A stretch of 64,000 bases of DNA, taken from the NCBI GenBank assembly GCA_001029635.1, contig CP011209.1, forward strand, positions 683,969-747,968, in the 5' to 3' direction. This document shows, piece after piece, positions 36,590 to 46,019 of this stretch. Within the stretch, counting starts at the first letter, position 1. The number at the start of each line of letters is the position of its first letter. This DNA comes from Candidatus Wolfebacteria bacterium GW2011_GWB1_47_1 (GTDB lineage: Bacteria > Patescibacteriota > Minisyncoccia > UBA6257 > UBA9933). Position numbers and translations under genes: made by a program. The notes under the pieces were generated by a model. The model saw only the letters and a program-made list of their open reading frames with translations. It did no database searches and had not been told where the DNA came from.

Positions 36590-37009
36590 ATGAAGATCAC
36601 CAAAAAGGGTACTCAAAAAAATATCTTTACCGTGCGTCGCGCGCGACCAGGGGCCGGACTCGGACTCTTCGCAACGGCCGACATTCCCAAGCATACATTC
36701 GTCATCGAATACACCGGTGAAAAAATAACCAATGCCGAAGCAGACCGCCGAGGAGGCCGGTATTTATTTAACATCAATTCCAAGTGGACGATCGACGGCA
36801 AAGAGCACCGCAACACTGCCCGCTACATTAACCATTCCTGTGATCCAAATTGTGAATCCCGTATTGTCGGCGGAAAGGTAAAAATATTCGCTATCAAGAA
36901 CATTACAGCAGGCGAAGAACTTGCCTATGACTATGGAACGGAGTACTTTGAAGAGTTCCTTAAACCACATGGATGCCGGTGCGATATGTGCCACATACTA
37001 CGCAAATAA
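36590..37009 (+). CDS. SET-domain protein (putative protein-lysine methyltransferase)
   Basis: GLGLFA, RYINHSCDPNC, ELAYDYG and the post-SET Cys cluster CRCDMC. Start chosen at MKITKKG. Confidence 0.75.
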   Translation: MKITKKGTQKNIFTVRRARPGAGLGLFATADIPKHTFVIEYTGEKITNAEADRRGGRYLFNINSKWTIDGKEHRNTARYINHSCDPNCESRIVGGKVKIFAIKNITAGEELAYDYGTEYFEEFLKPHGCRCDMCHILRK

Positions 37010-37011
37010 GA

Positions 37012-37046
37012 AACAAAAACAGCCCACACTTAGTAGGCTGTTTTTG
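37012..37046. terminator. bidirectional intrinsic terminator
   Basis: AAAAACAGCC-CACACTTAGTA-GGCTGTTTTT. Confidence 0.6.
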
Positions 37047-37047
37047 T

Positions 37048-37965
37048 TCAAAGATATACGCATACAAGACCAACTAATATAACTGCGATCGCGCTGAGCT
37101 TAAGCAATAGCGTCCCCCGCTTAATATCTTCCCGAATAATCTCCGGGAACCAAATCGACATCACCACCCCCGTTATCAGAGCGAATAATGGCTGGATACC
37201 CCCAACGACCGATACCAGCGCAGTCGGCCCGATCAATGTCGCATAAAACAACAACCCACGCGCAGCCAAGTACAACACCTCGTTTGTACCGACGATGCCC
37301 CATGTGCCGATCGACAAGGCCCGCAACCCGCTCCACATATTTATGCGTGCATAATAGCGCAATGCAACCGAACCCAACCCCGCACCGATCATCTCATACA
37401 CAAGCGCATCCCAAAAATTACCACCAATGGCAACCATTTTGAATAATACCGCAACGGGCGCCCAAAGCATGATGGAGAGCAGCACATACCAGAATGATCT
37501 TCTTATTCGAAATAACTCCTGTGATGGTCGTTCTACGGCCAATGATAATCCTCCTCCTATAATCAATACAAATCCAATCAGCTGATCACGAGTTAATCGC
37601 TCGTCAAGGAGCAGATAGGATAATCCTAATACCACAACGGGGATCAGCTGAAAAAACGGCACCACGCGCGATGTATCATCGATCTTGATTGCCTTGTACC
37701 ACGGAACCAATGCAATAATGGACACAAATCCGCTCAAGAGCAGAATACCTGCATCTCCCCATCCGAGCACTGATAATCCTCTCATCCCAATGATTATCCC
37801 GGCGGCGATGACTGCGGCTATTCCTCCGATGATACTCACAAAAAACGGGTCTTTGATCCGCTTTTCTACCAAAAATCGATCTATAAAATTTGTCATTCCA
37901 AACAGGAACGATGCGGTGAGCGCAATAATAAGCCAGGACATATCGTATGTATATAATACTATCAC
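37048..37965 (-). CDS. EamA/DMT-family transporter
   Basis: About ten TM helices with two EamA-like halves. Confidence 0.7.
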   Translation of the reverse strand: MIVLYTYDMSWLIIALTASFLFGMTNFIDRFLVEKRIKDPFFVSIIGGIAAVIAAGIIIGMRGLSVLGWGDAGILLLSGFVSIIALVPWYKAIKIDDTSRVVPFFQLIPVVVLGLSYLLLDERLTRDQLIGFVLIIGGGLSLAVERPSQELFRIRRSFWYVLLSIMLWAPVAVLFKMVAIGGNFWDALVYEMIGAGLGSVALRYYARINMWSGLRALSIGTWGIVGTNEVLYLAARGLLFYATLIGPTALVSVVGGIQPLFALITGVVMSIWFPEIIREDIKRGTLLLKLSAIAVILVGLVCVYL

Positions 37966-37984
37966 ACCGCCTAACTATTATCGA

Positions 37985-38160
37985 CCAATAAATGACGTCC
38001 TCCCCGCACTCCCTCCGGTCGTACGGGGTTTCCTCCGCTCCACTACTCGCGCTGCTGCGCGCTAACGAAAAATGCAGTAGCACTTTTCACATTCATCCCC
38101 CGCGCTCCCATCCTCTACTCTTTCCACGACGGAATGAATCGTGCGGGGTTTCCTGGTAAG
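37985..38160 (-). promoter_or_regulatory. GC-rich, repeat-containing structured 5' leader upstream of the EamA transporter gene (candidate cis-regulatory RNA)
   Basis: ~180-nt non-coding stretch with duplicated GGAAACCCCG(C/T)ACGA segments and several self-complementary GC tracts. No family assigned. Confidence 0.3.
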
Positions 38161-38162
38161 GT

Positions 38163-38190
38163 AGTAAAAAAAGGCCCATAATAGGGCCTC
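38163..38190 (-). terminator. rho-independent terminator
   Basis: AGGCCC-ATAATA-GGGCCT preceded by A8 (a U-run on the minus strand). Confidence 0.75.
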
Positions 38191-38216
38191 TAGAGTTTCT
38201 ACCTAAAACATCATGG

Positions 38217-38600
38217 CTAAGAAAGTGCGTCATACTGGATCGCAAGGCGCTTGGTCTTGTCCTGCATTTCGGGACGAAGGCCTTCTTCTGTGGTGTATAC
38301 CGGGCATGGCATGCATCCGAATGCGCGCTCGAACAAGATCCACTGCCCCGTAATCCTGAGAAGCACCGCCAGCATGCACGTCGGATCACCGATCAACGCC
38401 CTACTGATTTCCTCGAAATGCTGCTCCTCTTCGGGCTCGAATACGAGCCACCATACCTTCTTCCTGCTTTCTGCATAGAATGTGGCGCCCAACTCCATGA
38501 TCTGTTCGGCAAACGGCCTCCCGCTACACATCTCATCGAAGCTCTTATATTGCGCCTTTCCTCCCTCTCTTGCTTCCGGATTGAACGCCCATATCTCCAT
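38217..38600 (-). CDS. hypothetical protein
   Basis: ORF with start chosen at MEIWAFNPEAREG. No recognised motif. Confidence 0.4.
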   Translation of the reverse strand: MEIWAFNPEAREGGKAQYKSFDEMCSGRPFAEQIMELGATFYAESRKKVWWLVFEPEEEQHFEEISRALIGDPTCMLAVLLRITGQWILFERAFGCMPCPVYTTEEGLRPEMQDKTKRLAIQYDALS

Positions 38601-38653
38601 ATATACCTCCTTCCCTATTGGTATCGTGCTAAATATTAAATATCGCTTTTGTA

Positions 38654-39415
38654 CTACTTTGTCAATTTTATTTCCGCTCCTACCGGGCAATGATCTGATC
38701 CTTTTATACCGGGCAATATGAATGCTTTCTGTATGTTCTTACCTAACTTTTTTGAAGCAATCATATAATCAATGCGCCATCCAAGATTCCGCTCCCGAGC
38801 ATTTGCAAAATAGGGCCACCAGGAATAATTCCCTCCCTCTTTATTGAATATTCGAAAGGTGTCCACAAATTCTAGCTTGATCAGGCGATCCAACTTCCCC
38901 CGCTCTTCTGGTGTGAACATGGTGTTATTCATATTTTGCTTCGGCCGGGCAAGATCCAATTCCGTATGCGCAATATTGAGATCGCCGATCACGATCACCT
39001 TTTTATTTTTCAACTTTGCCAGATATTCTAGTAACGCATCGTACACCTCTAATTTATATTGCATATTCCGCTTATCGCGCGCACCTTGCGGCATATATAA
39101 TGCGATCACAATAAACTCGGCGTAATCAAGCCGTAAAAATCTCCCCTCTTCATCGAATCGCTTTATCCCCAGTATCGTTGTTACCTCTTTAGGAGCCTGT
39201 CGCGTATACACTGCCACGCCCGCATATCCCTTTCGTGATCCGGTATTATAATACGCCTCGTATCCATTTATCATCCTTATCTCCTCAGGTATCTGTCCCT
39301 CCTGAATCTTGATCTCTTGCAGACACACAATATCCGCCTTTTCCTTTTTAAACCAATCCAAAAATCCCTTCCGATATACCGAACGCAGCCCATTCACATT
39401 CCATGACACGATCTT
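38654..39415 (-). CDS. xth: exodeoxyribonuclease III
   Basis: MKIVSWNVNGLRS, LQEIK, GDLNIAH, SDHCPV are Xth/APE1 family motifs. Confidence 0.9.
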   Translation of the reverse strand, partial: KIVSWNVNGLRSVYRKGFLDWFKKEKADIVCLQEIKIQEGQIPEEIRMINGYEAYYNTGSRKGYAGVAVYTRQAPKEVTTILGIKRFDEEGRFLRLDYAEFIVIALYMPQGARDKRNMQYKLEVYDALLEYLAKLKNKKVIVIGDLNIAHTELDLARPKQNMNNTMFTPEERGKLDRLIKLEFVDTFRIFNKEGGNYSWWPYFANARERNLGWRIDYMIASKKLGKNIQKAFILPGIKGSDHCPVGAEIKLTK

Positions 39416-39495
39416 CATATACCCATTAAACCAACAAATCTTTGCGCCGTCTACCACAAAAAAAGAAGTCCGAAGACTTCTTTTTTGATCTTTAA

Positions 39496-41028
39496 TCAGT
39501 ACGCAGATTGTGCAAGCGTTTGAAACATCGCTTCCGTTGATGTCGAGGTGTTCCCCGCGGCATCCCCGGACGATACGACATAATAATATGTCGTACTCGA
39601 AGTAAGTCCACTCAATAAGAAATCATGATCGAATAGAGGTGTCTCATTGCTTGCTGATGGAGCCACCGTGGTAACCACTGGTGTCGAAGTGCTGTACCAC
39701 AACTTGCCGGTTGCCTGTTCATTTGTAGTCCATACAATACGCGAAGCCGAACTTGTCGTGCTTGTCGCAGCAATCCCGGAAATAGCCGGTGCGGTCGTAT
39801 CGAGTATTGCGGCCGTTATGAACGAGTACTGGCTCGATGTTGCCGTGTTGCCCGCACCATCGGCCGACACTACCATGTAATAATACGTGGTATTTGCCGA
39901 CAAGCCCGAAAGGGTCAAATCATGCCCCGATACCAATGCCGAAGAACTCGACGATACTCCGTTTGCGGTCGTAACCGGTGTAGAGGTACCGTACCAGGCG
40001 ACGCTTGTTGCCGGTTCGTTGGTTGTCCACTGCACATGCGATCCGTTGGCGGTCGTGCTCGCCGTCAATACATTCGAAATAATCGGCGTGGTCGTATCCG
40101 GTATCAACAATGTCGTAAACGAACGCTGACTCGACGTTGCCGTATTTCCTTTGACATCAGCCGATGCCACAATATAGTAATAGGTCGTACTTGCGGAAAG
40201 CCCCGAGAGTACCAACTCGTGATCGCGAACTAGCGTCGTGGAACTTATCGTCAACCCGTTTCCGATGGAAACCGAGGTTGCCGTTCCATACCAGATGACG
40301 CTTGTTGCCGGTTCGTTGGTTTCCCATTCGATTTTCACACTGTTTGCTGCTATGTTTTTTATTTCCACATCGGAAATCTTCGGAGCGGTTGTATCAGGAG
40401 TTGTCGTCGCCAACCCAAGCTTCGCCGCTATCCCCGGTGGCAACGTCTGGCATACCGATACGATCGGTGCCACTCCTTCCATCTTGCGCAGCCATCCCGG
40501 CGCGATCAGATGTCCTGGTGGCACGATTGCACAAATGGTCTTGACTCCATTTCTTGTTTCCACGGTGACCGGATTCTTCTCGAGTTGTTCCCGAATCTTC
40601 TCGAGTGTTTTTGGTCCAACGTTTCCAACCTGGTCCAGTTTATACAATTTCTGGAACCGTTTCACCGCTTGCGCGGTCAACTTCCCGTAGTAGCCGGTGA
40701 TGCGACCCTCAGGGTAAACACTTACATCTGCTGCCAAAATAGCCTGAAGCAGTTTTACATCATCTCCCGATGATCCTTCCCTTAATTGTTTAATGAGCTT
40801 TAACGTATCCTGCACATCACCTGTCGTTGTTACAACCTGCTGCTGCGCCTGGCGCAATACCTGTAACTGCGCATTTAAACTTTCGATCTGCTTTTGCAAA
40901 TTCTGAATCAACGCCTGCAATGCCATGGCCGGTGTGGTCGTCGCCGTTTGCGCAGACACAACGAACACATTTCCAAATATGAGCCCGACGACCACTATGG
41001 CCGTCAAAGAACGTTTCATGTTTTTCAT
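39496..41028 (-). CDS. secreted protein with peptidoglycan-binding domain and three fibronectin type III repeats
   Basis: Signal peptide, coiled-coil. SGDDVKLLQAILAAD...GYYGKLTAQAVKRFQ matches PG_binding_1. Three ~95-aa repeats (TTAP.IS....T.....W.TNEPATS..WYGT). Confidence 0.7.
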   Translation of the reverse strand: MKNMKRSLTAIVVVGLIFGNVFVVSAQTATTTPAMALQALIQNLQKQIESLNAQLQVLRQAQQQVVTTTGDVQDTLKLIKQLREGSSGDDVKLLQAILAADVSVYPEGRITGYYGKLTAQAVKRFQKLYKLDQVGNVGPKTLEKIREQLEKNPVTVETRNGVKTICAIVPPGHLIAPGWLRKMEGVAPIVSVCQTLPPGIAAKLGLATTTPDTTAPKISDVEIKNIAANSVKIEWETNEPATSVIWYGTATSVSIGNGLTISSTTLVRDHELVLSGLSASTTYYYIVASADVKGNTATSSQRSFTTLLIPDTTTPIISNVLTASTTANGSHVQWTTNEPATSVAWYGTSTPVTTANGVSSSSSALVSGHDLTLSGLSANTTYYYMVVSADGAGNTATSSQYSFITAAILDTTAPAISGIAATSTTSSASRIVWTTNEQATGKLWYSTSTPVVTTVAPSASNETPLFDHDFLLSGLTSSTTYYYVVSSGDAAGNTSTSTEAMFQTLAQSAY

Positions 41029-41104
41029 AGTTATGTTATGTTAATTTTCAATTATATATACGATTTGTTTATTTTTTTGTTACATAACGACCTTTTATAT
41101 GTGA

Positions 41105-41482
41105 TTATCCTCCTTCTTTCTTTAGTTCGAGGCATGCCGAATTAATACAAAACCGTCTTCCCCCCTTTTCCAGTGGTCCATCATTGAATACATGCCCCAA
41201 ATGTGCCCCGCATTTCTTACAGACGACCTCCGTTCTATCTATTCCTATACTTGGGTCATTCCGCAATTCAATGTGCTCGAGATTCATCGGTTCGGTAAAA
41301 CTCGGCCATCCCGTCCCGGAGTCAAACTTAGTGTCGGACGAAAACAGCTCCGTACCGCATACCGCACATCGATATATCCCTTTTTCGTGCGTATCCCAAT
41401 ACTTTCCGGAGAAGGGTGCCTCCGTACCCTTTTCCCGGGCAATATGGTACAACTCGGGAGATAATTCTTCGTCTTTTTTCAT
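41105..41482 (-). CDS. msrB: peptide-methionine (R)-S-oxide reductase
   Basis: CAVCGTELF...GWPSF...CKKCGAHLGHVFNDGP gives the Zn-binding CxxC pairs and the SelR motif RYCINSA. Confidence 0.9.
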   Translation of the reverse strand: MKKDEELSPELYHIAREKGTEAPFSGKYWDTHEKGIYRCAVCGTELFSSDTKFDSGTGWPSFTEPMNLEHIELRNDPSIGIDRTEVVCKKCGAHLGHVFNDGPLEKGGRRFCINSACLELKKEGG

Positions 41483-42036
41483 AGTTCTTTTTTATGCGAT
41501 TGAAGCAGTTCGGCAAACTGCTTTTGTAATTTTTCAAGCTTCGGATCAATGATCGCCCGACAATACGGCATATCCTTATGATTCTCATAATACCGTTGAT
41601 GATAATCTTCCGCCTTATAAAATACTTCGAATGGTCGTATTTCCGTTACGATCGGATCATTGAACGAGCCTTGTAGCGCGCTAATATATTCTTCTGCCTG
41701 CGCACGTTGCGCATCCGTGGTATATAAGATCACTGACCGATATTGGGAACCAACGTCATTCCCTTGTCGATTCAATGTCGTTGGGTCATGTGTCGCAAAA
41801 AATACCGTCAAAAGATCCTTAAACATTACTTGTCCCGGGTCAAATTCTAATTGCGTCACCTCTGCATGCCCCGTTTCTCCCGTGCTCACTTCTTCATACG
41901 AAGGATCTTCCATATGACCACCAGCATATCCTGGCACCGCCGAAACAATCCCTTTAAGACTCCCAAACACCGCTTCCGTGCACCAGAAGCATCCTCCTCC
42001 AAATACCGCTGTCTCTATTTTTTGTTCCATGTACAA
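41479..42036 (-). CDS. msrA: peptide-methionine (S)-S-oxide reductase
   Basis: AVFGGGCFWCTEAVF active-site motif. Overlaps msrB by 4 bp. Confidence 0.9.
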   Translation of the reverse strand: MYMEQKIETAVFGGGCFWCTEAVFGSLKGIVSAVPGYAGGHMEDPSYEEVSTGETGHAEVTQLEFDPGQVMFKDLLTVFFATHDPTTLNRQGNDVGSQYRSVILYTTDAQRAQAEEYISALQGSFNDPIVTEIRPFEVFYKAEDYHQRYYENHKDMPYCRAIIDPKLEKLQKQFAELLQSHKKEL

Positions 42037-42070
42037 GTGTTTCTTGTTATGTTATCAACTATTACATCAC

Positions 42071-43291
42071 TTATCCGAATGTGAATGTATACGCCTCCAA
42101 CCCTGGACCTTGTACCTCCATTTCGAGGACATGTTCGCCATAGGTTGTGCCATTAACCAATTCATACAACCTATCCTCTTTTACCCGTACCACACCATCA
42201 GCGCCGACATCCTTACCCGCATCGATACCTAACAGCTCTCCGTCGCGAGTTATTTTTATTACTACGTCACTATCAGCACGCGCGACAAAATAAACATTCT
42301 TTGCACTATACCGATATATGATCGTAGCACCGCTACTTTCGGTTCGCGCAAACTCATCATCAAAATACCATGAACCACCCAAATACAACCTATTCAAAAC
42401 TGAGTCTTCAGGAGTATCTAATATCTGCAATCCTCTTAAACCCTCTTTGCCGTTTTTCAGACTCGCATTACGCGCCGCGCCAAAATAAACTTCCGGACTC
42501 TTAACTCCGGACATATTCATGGTCACGGCTTCCTTTGGGGCTACTACCCCTCCCGCAATTGAGTCACTCATATCAAACGCATCCTGTCGCTCCTTAAGTG
42601 CCTTTTGGATGACCCGCTCTGTCCCATCATAATCACCTTCGCCAATATGGTCATATACGATAAACCCATCGATATCGATCAAGTACTTCCTTGGCCAAAA
42701 TCGATTGGCGTAGGCGTTCCATGTTCCATATTCGTTATCTTGTACCACTGGATATTGTATACCCGCATTCCTCGTTGCTTTTACGACATTTTCATACATC
42801 TTTTCAAATCCAAATTCGGGTGTATGCACGCCAACGATGACCAATCCTTGATCCTTATATTTTTCATACCACGCGTTGAGATATGGTGTGGTTCGCTGGC
42901 AATTAATGCAACTATACGTCCAAAAATCAATCAGAATCACTTTCTTTCCTGCAAAATCCGCAAGCCTAAACGAGTCTCCATTAATAAATCCCCCTGGGTT
43001 TACCAATTCTTTTAGCCTGTCAAACTTCAGCGCCTTTTCTTTTTGGATTGACGAGCGATCTATGGACCGTGTTGGTTCCTGCGCCTGAAGGCCACTCACC
43101 GTAACTGTTTTTGTTGCATTCTGTTGAGGTTTTTCATCTGTTATTGTCGATACCGTAAGTATCGCCGGAACCTGAATCTCGGTACCCGTCGTACCTATCC
43201 GCTTCGGCTTCTGTAGCTCGAAATATCCGATTGCCACCACTATCATCGCAACTACCAGAACTAATACTGTTTTTCTGATATTGTCCTGCAT
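42071..43291 (-). CDS. membrane-anchored thioredoxin-fold (TlpA/redoxin-like) protein with C-terminal extension
   Basis: N-terminal TM. WTYSCINCQRTTPYLNAWYEKYKDQGLVIVGVHTPEF gives the CxxC redoxin motif in a thioredoxin fold. Extra ~180-aa C-terminal domain. Confidence 0.7.
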   Translation of the reverse strand: MQDNIRKTVLVLVVAMIVVAIGYFELQKPKRIGTTGTEIQVPAILTVSTITDEKPQQNATKTVTVSGLQAQEPTRSIDRSSIQKEKALKFDRLKELVNPGGFINGDSFRLADFAGKKVILIDFWTYSCINCQRTTPYLNAWYEKYKDQGLVIVGVHTPEFGFEKMYENVVKATRNAGIQYPVVQDNEYGTWNAYANRFWPRKYLIDIDGFIVYDHIGEGDYDGTERVIQKALKERQDAFDMSDSIAGGVVAPKEAVTMNMSGVKSPEVYFGAARNASLKNGKEGLRGLQILDTPEDSVLNRLYLGGSWYFDDEFARTESSGATIIYRYSAKNVYFVARADSDVVIKITRDGELLGIDAGKDVGADGVVRVKEDRLYELVNGTTYGEHVLEMEVQGPGLEAYTFTFG

Positions 43292-43296
43292 ATTTT

Positions 43297-44058
43297 TTAT
43301 TCACGCGATGCGGTCGATGCAAGATACGAAAGAAACCCGGGAATCAACGGGAGAATACATGGGCTTAAGAACGAGACAAGGCCTGCAATGAACGCAATTC
43401 CTATGTTTAAAACGCTTAGTGAGCCAATATTTCCACCAACGCCGGTGCTAATATCAAGCGCAAGTAATACATTTGTCAGTACTTCAAAATTTGCGATTCT
43501 GCTTAATTGCCCGACGAAGATTAATACCCCCATACCAATCAGCAATACCCCGAATGCATATTGGATATATATAAGCCACCTTCCTGCCCGCTCGATCACG
43601 CCCTGTACCTGATCAGCAAATAACCCTACCATTAAAAATGGGATACCGATTCCAAACGTATACGCCATCAATAGAAAAAATGCACTTCCTGCCTGAGTTG
43701 TTGCAAGAACCAGAATTGCTCCCAGTGCCGCAGTCACGCATGGTGTCCACCCTGCGGCAAATGCAGCGCCGAACAAGAATGACGTTACCCAATATGATTT
43801 AAACTGACCAGCCACTTGCACCTTATGATCTCGCTGTAAAAATTTAGGTTTAAGCAACCCAACCAAAAAGAGTCCGAATAGAATGATAATAACCCCGCCA
43901 ACCCGCCCAAGCCAGACTTGAGCAGAATAGGACACGTTGGCCAATATGGTCTGCAACAATATGCCGACCAGAGAAAAAACCGTCGAGAATCCCAATACGA
44001 AAAAGACACTACTTAAGAATATTGTCCAATTCTTTTTTTGCTCTACCGCTTCATTCAT
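43297..44058 (-). CDS. ccdA: cytochrome c-type biogenesis/thiol-disulfide transporter CcdA-like (DsbD TM domain)
   Basis: Six TM helices. Conserved Cys in TM1 (AGWTPCV) and TM4 (FLSPCILPLIP). Confidence 0.7.
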   Translation of the reverse strand: MNEAVEQKKNWTIFLSSVFFVLGFSTVFSLVGILLQTILANVSYSAQVWLGRVGGVIIILFGLFLVGLLKPKFLQRDHKVQVAGQFKSYWVTSFLFGAAFAAGWTPCVTAALGAILVLATTQAGSAFFLLMAYTFGIGIPFLMVGLFADQVQGVIERAGRWLIYIQYAFGVLLIGMGVLIFVGQLSRIANFEVLTNVLLALDISTGVGGNIGSLSVLNIGIAFIAGLVSFLSPCILPLIPGFLSYLASTASRE

Positions 44059-44097
44059 ATAATACGGGCTAGCTATTAATTATATCCTCTCTCACTG

Positions 44098-44493
44098 TTA
44101 TTCCATTTTTAATTCCTTCCTGATCGCTCTTACGACATCTTCCAATCTCCATGTTGCCTTTATCAAAAAATAGGCAAAATCAGTCGGAGCATTCCGTCGC
44201 ACAATCTCATCATCCGGGTTCAGATTGGTTAAAATTATTGCCGGGACACTCTTCCCCCATTCGTCCTGACGCAATGTATTAAGCATCGTCAGCCCATCCA
44301 TCTCCGGCATTACAATGTCGAGCAAGATCAGATCAGGATGATCGGCAAATGCGCGCTCAAGCCCCGTGCGCCCGTTTTCTGCAGTGCTCACGATAAAACC
44401 TTCTCGAGTTAGCGTATCTTCCAGCGCATTCATCTCGGCTCTATCGTCTTCAACGACAAGAATCTTTTTATTGGTTCCCGCTTTCATTACCAT
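44098..44493 (-). CDS. receiver-only response regulator (REC domain)
   Basis: ILVVEDD...LLDIVMPEMDG...K. No output domain. Confidence 0.8.
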   Translation of the reverse strand: MVMKAGTNKKILVVEDDRAEMNALEDTLTREGFIVSTAENGRTGLERAFADHPDLILLDIVMPEMDGLTMLNTLRQDEWGKSVPAIILTNLNPDDEIVRRNAPTDFAYFLIKATWRLEDVVRAIRKELKME

Positions 44494-44537
44494 TAGTATA
44501 CCATATTACCCCACACATGCCTACGTCAATCAACAAG

Positions 44538-44567
44538 AAAAAAATCCTCGCTAAGAGGATCTTTTTC
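44538..44567. terminator. bidirectional intrinsic terminator
   Basis: A7-ATCCTC-GCTAA-GAGGAT-CTTTTTC. Confidence 0.65.
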
Positions 44568-44574
44568 TATTTCT

Positions 44575-44973
44575 TTATTCGGTTGTAATACCATCGAATT
44601 CCGCTTCGTTTGCCTCCGCTTCCTCCTTGGTCACTCTCACAATTCCATCCTTGTGATGGGCTGGGGAATAGATCGTGTAGAGCTTCAGATCCTCCGTCTC
44701 AGATACGTTAATGATATTATGCTCCGCTCCCGCAGGAACAATAATCACTGAACCATCAGATAATGCATATTCATTGCCGTCGATGATACACTTCCCTTCT
44801 CCCTTTTCAAATCGGAAGAATTGATCATTCTCTTTATGCACCTCCATGCCGATCTCTTCCATTGGTTTAATACTCATCAATACCAACTGACAATACTTTC
44901 CGGTATACAATACCTTACGAAAATTTTCGTTTTCCAAGGTCTCCTTTTCGATATTTGCGTTAAATCCTTTCAT
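44575..44973 (-). CDS. cupin-domain protein
   Basis: Two-motif cupin pattern (G.EVH.....F.F..GEG ... G......PAG.EHN). Confidence 0.65.
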   Translation of the reverse strand: MKGFNANIEKETLENENFRKVLYTGKYCQLVLMSIKPMEEIGMEVHKENDQFFRFEKGEGKCIIDGNEYALSDGSVIIVPAGAEHNIINVSETEDLKLYTIYSPAHHKDGIVRVTKEEAEANEAEFDGITTE

Positions 44974-45048
44974 ATCCGTATATTTTTATTATTTTTATAT
45001 ATAACCCCACTACTATAGTAGTATAAAATGCCTCCTCCTGCCACTTGC

Positions 45049-45384
45049 TTAAATAAGCGGGAGCCCTGCTTTACTCCAATCATCCTTCCCCCCCTTATAG
45101 TCAACTACGTTCACGTATCCCATTGACTGTAGCAATCGCGTCGCTCCCGTCGAGGCAGTGCACAAAAAGTCCGAGCAATACACTACTATCAGTTTCTGTT
45201 TATCGGGCAATTGCGTCGGCGCCATGTCCTGAATCTTATCGACCGGAATATTAATTGCCATCGGCAGATGTCCCGCGTCATAGCTTTCCTTCGAAAGCAC
45301 TTCTACCAGGATAAAATCCTCCCGATTCTCTATCAGTTCGAATAACCCTTCTTTTGCGATGATTTTTATCTTTTGTCCATTCAT
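45049..45384 (-). CDS. rhodanese-like domain protein
   Basis: Rhodanese fold with the active-site loop VVYCSDFLC and DYKGG. Confidence 0.65.
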   Translation of the reverse strand: MNGQKIKIIAKEGLFELIENREDFILVEVLSKESYDAGHLPMAINIPVDKIQDMAPTQLPDKQKLIVVYCSDFLCTASTGATRLLQSMGYVNVVDYKGGKDDWSKAGLPLI

Positions 45385-45392
45385 ATATGCAA

Positions 45393-45932
45393 TCATTGTT
45401 TTACCGCCTCCGCACTGATCGTAATATCAACCTCCCCGCCGACCATACTCGCTCCATCTCCCAACCCGGGTACATCCCAATTAAGTCCGAAATCATGGCG
45501 ATCGAGCGCCACCTTGCCGGTAAATCCTACTCTTATCTCAGTACCCCCCTTAAGTGAAGGAACTTCCTGCGGCTTGATATATCCCACTATAAGTACGATG
45601 GGTTTGGTAATATCACGGATTATCAGATCTCCCCTTACTGCGAATTCCTTTTCTCCGGTTTTATCGACCCCGGTCGTTTTAAACGTCGCCTCCGGAAACT
45701 GTTCGACATTAAAGAAATCTTTACTGCGCAAGTGATTGTCGCGCATTTCATTTCCCGTCCAAATACTCTGCATATCGATCGTAATCTCCGCAGAGCCTTG
45801 TTCAATACCTCCTTCGTCGAATATCGCCATACCTTGCACCTTACTAAATCTCCCTTTTACCCACGCAACACCCCAGTGCCGCACACTGAATTCAATAATA
45901 CAATGCGGTTCATCAAATTTCCATTGAGTCAT
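45393..45932 (-). CDS. YceI-family protein
   Basis: DEPHCIIEFSVRHWGVAWVKGRF ... RDNHLRS..FF matches the YceI lipid/polyisoprenoid-binding family. Confidence 0.8.
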   Translation of the reverse strand: MTQWKFDEPHCIIEFSVRHWGVAWVKGRFSKVQGMAIFDEGGIEQGSAEITIDMQSIWTGNEMRDNHLRSKDFFNVEQFPEATFKTTGVDKTGEKEFAVRGDLIIRDITKPIVLIVGYIKPQEVPSLKGGTEIRVGFTGKVALDRHDFGLNWDVPGLGDGASMVGGEVDITISAEAVKQ

Positions 45933-46019
45933 GTTTTTTGAGAATTATACTAATAGATTCATCAACCGACCCTCTCTATATATAGTATACCAAAAAAACA
46001 GCCCTCAAAGAATATTTCC

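Noticed and set aside
37985-38160. tmRNA-like element (GC-rich, 'GCAGCAGCGCGAGTAG' resembling a tag ORF)
   Set aside because: No 5' GGGG / 3' CCA acceptor pairing and no T-loop. Reinterpreted as a structured leader of the EamA gene.
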